Shown here one piece after another: positions 57,155 to 64,000 of a stretch of DNA of 64,000 nt. The DNA lies in the NCBI GenBank assembly GCA_947646415.1, contig CANSGN010000001.1, positions 3,945 through 67,944 on the forward strand. Direction: 5' to 3'. The number at the start of each line of letters is the position of its first letter. The stretch's first letter is position 1. Source of the stretch: an uncultured Clostridia bacterium (GTDB lineage Bacteria > Bacillota > Clostridia > Christensenellales > UBA3700). The notes under the pieces were generated by a model. It was not told where the DNA came from. It saw nothing but the letters and a program-made list of their open reading frames with translations, and ran no database searches. The position numbers were made by a program, and so were the translations under genes.

Positions 57155-57176
57155 AGGAAAAAACGGAGGTTTTATT

Positions 57177-60100
57177 ATGACAAAACATGCACGAAAGGCA
57201 GGGAAAATAATTTTTGTATTAGTAATTTCCTTTCTGTTAATAATGGGATGTTTATTTGCATCCGACGTGATAAAGGATAAAACTGATAACACAAATTTGG
57301 ATAATATGGCAAAGGATGTGCAAACAACTGCGGATGTGACATACACTCTGCCAGGCAGTTATTCGGAAAATGTTCGTATATGGAATGAGGCGATAGATTA
57401 CGCACTTGCAAATACCTCTTCAAATGTTTTGGTAAAATTAAATGGGAATTGGACCGCAACAACTCATGCTACTTTTGGTACAACATTTGGTGGTGGTAGT
57501 GGTTTTAGCAATGGAAGAATTTATATCCCTAAAAAAGCAAATGTAATTTTAGATATAAATGGAAAAACAATAAATAGAAATTTAACTTCGTCCAATGCTA
57601 ATGGGTCAGTTATTTATGTGCATGGAACTTTAAGAATTATTGACAGTGGGTTTGTTTCTAATACAATTTATGATTTAGACGATGCAATGGCTCTTAATAT
57701 TAAAAGTGGACAAATAACAGGCGGTTATACTACTTATGGTGGCGGAATTTATATTGACGGCGGTAAATTTTATATGTATCAAAGTGCTATTTTTGCAAAT
57801 AAGGCAACAGATGCCGCAGGTGTGTTTGTTACAAATAGCGGAGAAGTTAATGTCTACGATGGTATAATACTAAAAAATATCGCTTCTCGTACCGGTGGCG
57901 GTATATGTAGTTTAAATAGTTCTAAGATTAATGTGTATGGAGGACATATATTCCAAAATACGGCGACACATAGCGGTGGCGGTATTTATGGATATGAGGA
58001 ATGTATAAGAATTTACGGTGGTAAAATTTCTTATAACAAAGCAGGGGTTGCAGGTGGAGGAGTTGGATTAGCTAATTCTGCAAATAGCAGCAAAAAGGCA
58101 ATAATTAATAATTGCATATTTAGTCATAACAAAGCATATTCTGGTACAACGGTTGAAACTATTGGTGGTGCAATCAATGCAAATGCTGCGACAGTTGATT
58201 TGGACGGAGTGGAAATAAAAAATAATGAGGCAGATTCAGGCTCCGCAATAGGTGATGTTAGTAATAAAATTACTCTAAAAAACTGCATAATAACTAACAA
58301 TAAAGCAACTACTTCTGATGGATATGCCGTACAATTACATGATTATGCAGAAAATGGCGTGTACTTATCTTGCGGCAATAATGTTATAATCAACAATAAT
58401 GTTAATTCTGAAAACGATTCTTATAATATACATAACGAAAAAAATGTTTGGATAGAAATTTATAAACACGATATAGAATTATTTGAATATGCACCTAGTA
58501 GTCGTATTAGTATTTCTACAGAACCTTATTCAACTAGTAGCCCCGTTGAATTTATATCATATTACAATATTAGTGATTCAAAAAACGATTTCAAAACTAT
58601 ATCATCGATTTTTCATAATGATGCAGATGGTGTAAAGAATGGAAGTACCATTCAGGCGTATGGTCCAGGACAGTCATATAGATTTTCAGAAATGCCTACA
58701 ACTAATAGTGATATATATGGCGGAGGTGTATATTGGAGAGTAAATGGCGAAAATAACGATGAAATTCATGATAATACAATAAATTACAAGGAAGTACCTT
58801 ATACAGGTGAGGATTATACAGTAGAATTTTGCAGTTATCACAATTTCAGCAATTTAAATTACAACATATATTCTCCATCTAGTGGTGGTATTGATGGAAT
58901 GTGTGGTGTTACAGCTAGAGTTAGAAATGCTGGTATATATGTTTTTACTGCCGATAGAATACTTGACGGGTATTTTGTAAAGAATAGAGGCTCTTTCATT
59001 TTGAGAATTGTTCCAAAACAAGTAACATCAATGGCATGGGGAACTGACACAGCTGTTTATGACACATCGGCGCATAAAGTATCTTTGACATTGTATGATT
59101 CAGGCGTGTATTTTAATACAGATGTTCAAACTCTATTGGGCGGAAAAAATGTAGGGACAGGAATTAATTTTGCTACTAATGAAATTTCAAATAAAAATTT
59201 CAAACTGCCATTGTGGAATAGGGTAAAAACATTTACTATAACTCCAAGATATTTGGATAGACCAACGATAAAAAGTGGTACGGGAAGTACATTTACCTAT
59301 GACGGTACACAACATCAACTGCAGTTAAATAATTATAATACAACTTACCTAACCGGTTTACAATCATATACCGATGCGGGATGGCATGAAACTAAAATAT
59401 CAATAAAATCTCCTGGGAATTGCTATTGGAAAACTACAACAGGTAGTTCAAGTGGAACGGATACGGCAGATATAACCTTTATGATGGAAATATTACGAAA
59501 ACCAATAGAAAAACCAATATTAGGAGATAATGAGTTTATATATACAGGTCAAGAAATAACATTTCTTCCTGACGGTTTTGACGCATCGCAAATGGAAATA
59601 ACGGGTAATAAAAATACCAATGTAGGAGAGTATACGGCAAAAGTTAAGGCTAACTCCAACCACTATTGGAGTGATATTAGTTCAACTCAAGAAATATCAT
59701 TTGAATATAGAATAATCCCACCAGGTATTGCAGTAAAAAGTGGAGTGGATTATGACTATCAGTATATAGACAGCAATAATATTCGAACAAATTATTTAAA
59801 AAATTATATGCACAAATGGGATGATGGAACTTTGAATTTAGTAAATGGTCAACCAAGGCATGTATTGGGCAATATTCCTTTAAATACTAGTGTAGAAACT
59901 TTTTTACAAAATTTGTATAATGATAGAAATTTGATAAAGATATATGCAAATGAAAGTAATCTAAACATAATATATGACGGTTTACTAGGTGTAAGGGATA
60001 ATTTAAGCCAAACTTTAGCCACAGGCAATAAAGTAGAATTGTATAATAATAATGGCGAAAAAACAGACACAATTTATTTATCTATACTAGGAGACATAAA

Positions 60101-60764
60101 CGGAGACGGTAGAATAAATGCGAGTGACGTATCCTACTTAAGACAAGTGGCAAATGACAGCACATTGCTAGAAAATATGCCAATAGAAAAGAAACTAGCA
60201 GGTATGATAAACAATCATGGAGGAATAACCGAGGCTGACAGTGAGATATTGAGGGACATATTAAGTAAAAAGTTGAATATCGAAGATTTTATCAGTACCG
60301 TTATTGGCGATAGAAATGAAGAATATACGTATATAAGAATTGTGAACAATAAAAGAGAAGATGGCCCATCAAGCATTATCGGAAACATAATGTTAAATAC
60401 AACTGTAAGAGAATTTTTAGATAAGTATAAAACTTCAAATCCAATAGTGGCTATTCGTAATAGACAAGGCGAGCAAGTAACCGATGAAAACGCAATAGTA
60501 GGAACAGGTTGGAGCATCGATATATCTTATCAAGGAGAAATTTATACTTATTGGCTATCAATATTAGGCGACTTAACAGGAGACGGTAGAATAACCGCGG
60601 CAGACGTAACATATTTAAGAGCTATCGTTGCAGGGGAAGAAGCACCGGAACATGTAAAATTGGCAGGAATGATACTAAACAAAGGGGGAATAACTGCCGC
60701 AGATGGAGAAGTGCTAAAACAAGTAATCAAGGGAACTGTAGAAATTAAAAAATACTTTTTATAA
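57177..60764 (+). CDS. secreted GGxIY beta-helix repeat protein with YDG/Ig-like modules and two C-terminal dockerin-like modules
   Basis: MTKHARKAGKIIFVLVISFLLIMGC signal/anchor, GGGIY repeats, FTYDGTQHQL / YTGQEITF modules, then LGDINGDGRINASDVSYLRQVA... and LGDLTGDGRITAADVTYLRAIV... Confidence 0.8.
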   Translation: MTKHARKAGKIIFVLVISFLLIMGCLFASDVIKDKTDNTNLDNMAKDVQTTADVTYTLPGSYSENVRIWNEAIDYALANTSSNVLVKLNGNWTATTHATFGTTFGGGSGFSNGRIYIPKKANVILDINGKTINRNLTSSNANGSVIYVHGTLRIIDSGFVSNTIYDLDDAMALNIKSGQITGGYTTYGGGIYIDGGKFYMYQSAIFANKATDAAGVFVTNSGEVNVYDGIILKNIASRTGGGICSLNSSKINVYGGHIFQNTATHSGGGIYGYEECIRIYGGKISYNKAGVAGGGVGLANSANSSKKAIINNCIFSHNKAYSGTTVETIGGAINANAATVDLDGVEIKNNEADSGSAIGDVSNKITLKNCIITNNKATTSDGYAVQLHDYAENGVYLSCGNNVIINNNVNSENDSYNIHNEKNVWIEIYKHDIELFEYAPSSRISISTEPYSTSSPVEFISYYNISDSKNDFKTISSIFHNDADGVKNGSTIQAYGPGQSYRFSEMPTTNSDIYGGGVYWRVNGENNDEIHDNTINYKEVPYTGEDYTVEFCSYHNFSNLNYNIYSPSSGGIDGMCGVTARVRNAGIYVFTADRILDGYFVKNRGSFILRIVPKQVTSMAWGTDTAVYDTSAHKVSLTLYDSGVYFNTDVQTLLGGKNVGTGINFATNEISNKNFKLPLWNRVKTFTITPRYLDRPTIKSGTGSTFTYDGTQHQLQLNNYNTTYLTGLQSYTDAGWHETKISIKSPGNCYWKTTTGSSSGTDTADITFMMEILRKPIEKPILGDNEFIYTGQEITFLPDGFDASQMEITGNKNTNVGEYTAKVKANSNHYWSDISSTQEISFEYRIIPPGIAVKSGVDYDYQYIDSNNIRTNYLKNYMHKWDDGTLNLVNGQPRHVLGNIPLNTSVETFLQNLYNDRNLIKIYANESNLNIIYDGLLGVRDNLSQTLATGNKVELYNNNGEKTDTIYLSILGDINGDGRINASDVSYLRQVANDSTLLENMPIEKKLAGMINNHGGITEADSEILRDILSKKLNIEDFISTVIGDRNEEYTYIRIVNNKREDGPSSIIGNIMLNTTVREFLDKYKTSNPIVAIRNRQGEQVTDENAIVGTGWSIDISYQGEIYTYWLSILGDLTGDGRITAADVTYLRAIVAGEEAPEHVKLAGMILNKGGITAADGEVLKQVIKGTVEIKKYFL

Positions 60765-60821
60765 AATTTTATACCGAAAATTTTATATGATAAAACTAAT
60801 TGTACAAACTTTTAACAAAAA

Positions 60822-60848
60822 AACGTGTCGAAAATCGGCACGTTTTTT
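60822..60848. terminator. terminator between convergent genes
   Basis: cgtgtcg (60824-60830) pairs with cggcacg (60836-60842), followed by TTTTTT. An A-run upstream allows it to work on both strands. Confidence 0.7.
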
Positions 60849-60934
60849 GTAATTATTTTAAAAATAATATATTTTTGTAATAAATATTTTGTATTTATAA
60901 ATTAATTTGCAACACAATTTTACTTTTTATAAAA

Positions 60935-62461
60935 TTAATCTTTAACCTTTGTAAGATAAACAAGTTCGTCTATAGGTGCTGGGATTATTGCTACTTCATT
61001 GCTATATATTTTGTCTTTATATTGCCATTTACCGTCAGGGATATAAACCATTTTTGTGGTATGACCTTTTGATAAAACAGGCGCAACCAAAATATCGTCG
61101 CCTAACATAAATTGGCTTGTTATTTTGCCATAGCTTTTGTTAGGAAAACAGTATTCCATATATCTTACAATAGGCTCGCCTGTAATGCTTGCATGTTTGA
61201 CAAGTTGTATAATGTAATCGGAATATGTTTGGTGCAAGTCAATACATTTTAAACAAACGTTTTTAATTTGTTCGCTAATATTCCAAATATCCAAACTGAA
61301 TTGCATCATTGGCATTAGGCAAGAGGCTTGTGCATATCTGATAAAAAGTTCGTGGTCAAGATTGTTTTTGTCTTTACCTAAAAAGTCGCCCATTTGACCG
61401 CCACCAATCATATCGGGGCAAGAAAATGCGTAACCTGTTATACCTTGTGTAAGAGTGTTTGGTAACAAAGCACCAAGTCCCAATATGCCCCATTTATGCG
61501 ATTTGTCGGCAAGTCTTTGTGCAACACCGCGGCAACCGAACTGAAAACAAGCCCTAAGTTCGTTGTAATCAAAGTCGATTGCGGATTGCGCCCACAAATT
61601 ACTTTGAGTATTGGCATCCACCGAGCCGAAAGTTATGTCAGTATCTTGGTAATACATTGCATCTCCCGCATCTTGCTTAAAACCGTCTACGCCAAATTCG
61701 GTCATTAATTTTTTAGTATAATCGGTAAACCAAGTCATAGCTTTTGGGTTGGAAAGGTCTAAAAGCGCATCTTCGCCATTCCACCATTTTCTTAAAGCGA
61801 TATTGCCTGTACTATCTTTTACAAGCAAGTCATTTTGTGATAAATACTCATAATGTACCGATTTTTGACTGATAAAAGGACAAATCCATAATATTACTTT
61901 AAAACCTAATTCGTGAAGTTGGTCACACATATCTTTTGGATTGGTAAATTTATTAGGGTCAAAATCCCACTGTCCGAAATTTGTTTGCCAGCCGTCATCG
62001 ATAATAAGTTCGCCCGCAGGCATTCCGTTATCTAAAATGGATTTTGCATAAGACATAATATTTTCCTGCGTTTGATTATGTTCAAACTGAATCCATGTGC
62101 AGTATTGCGGAATTTTAAACATAATAGGATTAGGGTGTTTGCCATCCGGTTGCATAAAGTTGCTAACTGCATATAAATAAGCAGCTTTTAGGGTTTTATC
62201 CTCTGCCTCATATAGTTTAATTTCCGCTTTGTTACTAATGCAAGTTATATGCCCGAAAATAAATTTTGTCAAAAAGCCTTTGTCGCTCCATATCACTCTG
62301 CCTTTATTGCTTAGCCATAAAGTGTTTGATTGCCCGTAACTGCGAACAATGGTATTGTTTGCAATATAAACGGATTTTCGGCTTAGCGGTGTAAAAAAAC
62401 CTATATTGGTATCGCCGCCGTACCAATATTCATCTTTCAACATTTTTACTTTTAGTTTCAT
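60935..62461 (-). CDS. glycoside hydrolase family 31 protein (alpha-glucosidase/xylosidase-like)
   Basis: ...IIDDGWQTNFGQWDFDPNKF..P..M...LH..GFKVILWICPF..., ...VDGFKQDAGD...; 508 aa. Confidence 0.8.
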   Translation of the reverse strand: MKLKVKMLKDEYWYGGDTNIGFFTPLSRKSVYIANNTIVRSYGQSNTLWLSNKGRVIWSDKGFLTKFIFGHITCISNKAEIKLYEAEDKTLKAAYLYAVSNFMQPDGKHPNPIMFKIPQYCTWIQFEHNQTQENIMSYAKSILDNGMPAGELIIDDGWQTNFGQWDFDPNKFTNPKDMCDQLHELGFKVILWICPFISQKSVHYEYLSQNDLLVKDSTGNIALRKWWNGEDALLDLSNPKAMTWFTDYTKKLMTEFGVDGFKQDAGDAMYYQDTDITFGSVDANTQSNLWAQSAIDFDYNELRACFQFGCRGVAQRLADKSHKWGILGLGALLPNTLTQGITGYAFSCPDMIGGGQMGDFLGKDKNNLDHELFIRYAQASCLMPMMQFSLDIWNISEQIKNVCLKCIDLHQTYSDYIIQLVKHASITGEPIVRYMEYCFPNKSYGKITSQFMLGDDILVAPVLSKGHTTKMVYIPDGKWQYKDKIYSNEVAIIPAPIDELVYLTKVKD

Positions 62462-62728
62462 AATTTCCTCCGAAAACTGTTTTGCGTTAATTATTTACGT
62501 AGGTGTTTTTATATGTAATAATTTTTGCATTTTATACTCATAATTTTAGTATACAATGCAAGTAAAAGTTCGATTGCAACTGTAATCAATATAATTTTAG
62601 CACAAAACTTGCTATTTGACAAGGGGAAAACAAAATATGTAGAGTATTTAATAATTAAATATATAAAAAGTGTGCAGTGTTATTTTGAAATTATTTTTGC
62701 AAAAAACAAAAAATTTTTATAAAAACTA

Positions 62729-62795
62729 TTGACATTATCAATTTTTTAGCATATACTAACAATGTAAACATACCCCCCCCACAGGGGTAGGGGAT
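62729..62795 (+). promoter_or_regulatory. csoR promoter with CsoR-type operator
   Basis: TTGACA (62729-62734), 17-nt spacer, TATACT (62752-62757). Just downstream is the G/C-tract pseudo-palindrome TACCCCccccacaGGGGTAgggg (62771-62794), the form known for CsoR operators. Confidence 0.65.
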
Positions 62796-62808
62796 AAAGG
62801 AGATAAGT

Positions 62809-63069
62809 ATGGAAGGAAATTTTGCAAAAAATATCGATATAAGGCTTGCAACTATCGAGGGACATATTCGCGGTGTAAGACAAATGGTATCGGACGGCAA
62901 AGATTGTTCGGATGTTCTGTTGCAATTATCTGCGATTGAATCGTCTGTTCAAAAGCTTAGCAAGACTATTTTGAAAAACCATATTGAGCATTGTGTTAAA
63001 GATAGTGTGACAAATGGGGATTTAACTGCTTTGGATAAGCTTAATCAAGTATTGGATAAATATAAGTAG
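62809..63069 (+). CDS. csoR: CsoR/RcnR-family metal-sensing transcriptional repressor
   Basis: ...RLATIEGHIRGVRQMV..GKDCSDVLLQLSAI..., H..HC ligand pattern, 86 aa. Confidence 0.85.
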   Translation: MEGNFAKNIDIRLATIEGHIRGVRQMVSDGKDCSDVLLQLSAIESSVQKLSKTILKNHIEHCVKDSVTNGDLTALDKLNQVLDKYK

Positions 63070-63079
63070 GAGGTATTAA

Positions 63080-64000
63080 TATGGAAAAGGAAAAGTGCTG
63101 TTGTCATAGCAAACAGGAAGAAAAAGAGCCTTGTTGTTGTGACGAGCAAAATAAAGAGAAAGAGCTTGAAGTAAAACAAGAAAAATGTTGTTGTGACGAT
63201 AATGACAATGTTATAGTCGAAAAAACTTGTTGCTCCGAGCATAATCATAGCGAAAGTTGTTGCCATAGCGAAAAGACTGAAGGGAAAAACGATTGCTGTT
63301 GCAATGAAAAGGAAGAACACACAGAGTGTTTCCACCACAATAAGGAGGATAAGTCTTGCTGCAACGAAAATGCTGAGGTCGAAGAAAAATCTTGTTGCTG
63401 TAGCGGAGATAAAAAGGCAGAAGATGAAAAAGCTTGTTGTCATGCAAAAAGCGAAGAAAAGCATAGTTGTTGTGAGACAAAAAATGTGCAAAAACAAGAG
63501 AGTTGCTGCTGTCACTCGCATAAAGAGGAAGAACACTCCTGTTGCAGCGGACATCATGAGCAAAGTCATTTAAATTGTTGCGGTATAGATAAAAAATCTC
63601 ACGCATCTTGTTGCGGAACGGAAAAACACTCGAGCGGAAATGCAAAAAGGGATAACATTATAAATATAGTTAAGCTTGTGGTTTCTTTAGCGTTTTTGAT
63701 TGCAGGATATTTTAATTGGCATCATATCGCGGCGGATGCACCTTGGACAATCGCTTTTTATTATGTAAATCCTGCTTGGGTTGCGCTTATAATTTGCGGA
63801 ATACCTATTTTGGTAGGAGCTGTCAAATCGCTTGCAAGAAAAAAAATAACCGCATCCGTGCTTATAAGCGTTGCAATGTTATCGGCGGTTATACTTGAAA
63901 TTGTAGGTTTCTTTTATCAAATAGATAGTAGCGGACATTCGCATAGTTATGTCTTTGTAGCGGCTGAAGTTGCATTTTTGATGGCAATCGGCGGTGCTAT
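63080..64000 (+). CDS. heavy-metal P1B-type ATPase, N-terminal part with a ~190-aa Cys/His-rich extension (3' end off window)
   Basis: ATG at 63080 follows AGGAGG, and the frame stays open to 64000. Starts MEKEKCCCHSKQEEKEPCCCDEQ... with 14 CC/CCC motifs. TM helices follow (IVKLVVSLAFLIAGYF, WVALIICGIPILVGA, VLISVAMLSAVILE), arranged as in CadA/CopA-type pumps. The catalytic DKTGT region is not in the window. Confidence 0.65.

Larger units (their letters stand above)
56831..57176. repeat. switch cassette copy 4
   Basis: Colinear with the other copies. Its interior is variant 2, as in copy 3. Confidence 0.95.

Noticed and set aside
4790-57176. Whether the four ~350-bp repeats are a CRISPR array, IS elements or MITEs
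   Set aside because: The copies are 3.5-35 kb apart and always sit in the same position and orientation relative to a paralogous gene. They have no short regular spacing, no transposase, no terminal inverted repeats at the cassette ends and no target-site duplications that I can see.
63045-63645. ORFs 63045-63569 (-), 63211-63645 (-) and 63304-63573 (+)
   Set aside because: They are artefacts of the repetitive Cys/Lys/Glu-rich coding region of the metal ATPase. Their products are low-complexity, and the RBS-supported frame starting at 63080 explains the region.
1-64000. tRNA, rRNA, CRISPR, integrase/transposase/recombinase and reverse-transcriptase genes
   Set aside because: Scanning the intergenic regions and all ORF translations by eye, I found none. 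In particular, no site-specific recombinase that could serve the putative switches is encoded in this window.

Overview
This is a low-GC (about one-third G+C by eye) chromosomal segment that looks like a spore-forming Firmicute/Clostridia. Evidence for that: a dpaA fragment, the yaaO-tmk-holB-ricT-yabB gene order, and rpsF-ssb-rpsR.

The housekeeping blocks are ordinary: ribosomal proteins, nadABC, RNase J, trmR/trhP-like genes, asnS, ppiB, a pyrB-pyrC-pyrF-carB-pyrK-pyrD operon, a capD-like gene and a csoR/metal-ATPase pair. Accessory DNA interrupts them.

The strongest signal is a ~350-bp cassette present four times with identical geometry, each directly upstream of a large paralogous secreted protein (GGxIY beta-helix repeats with C-terminal dockerin-like modules).
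- Each cassette has a bidirectional terminator hairpin and then two 27-nt inverted repeats enclosing exactly 121 bp.
- Inside that segment sits a near-consensus sigma-A promoter (TTGACA-18-TATAAT or TAAAAT).
- In all four copies the promoter points away from the gene.
- I read this as a four-locus invertible-promoter (phase-variation) system, apparently assembled OFF. No recombinase gene is in the window.

A ~19-kb accessory block (26.2-45.5 kb) starts at a truncated GH31 gene. It carries:
- three tandem small-lipoprotein paralogs;
- a 1654-aa protein with Listeria/Bacteroides-type repeats and a C-terminal Hint (intein-like) domain;
- an XRE regulator;
- an agr-like quorum-sensing set in unusual order (LytTR regulator, kinase, AgrB, and an unannotated 49-aa AgrD-like peptide);
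- a GLUG-repeat lipoprotein;
- two of the switch-controlled genes.

I saw no tRNA, rRNA, CRISPR array, transposase or integrase. All functional calls come from reading the translations by eye; no database search was run.
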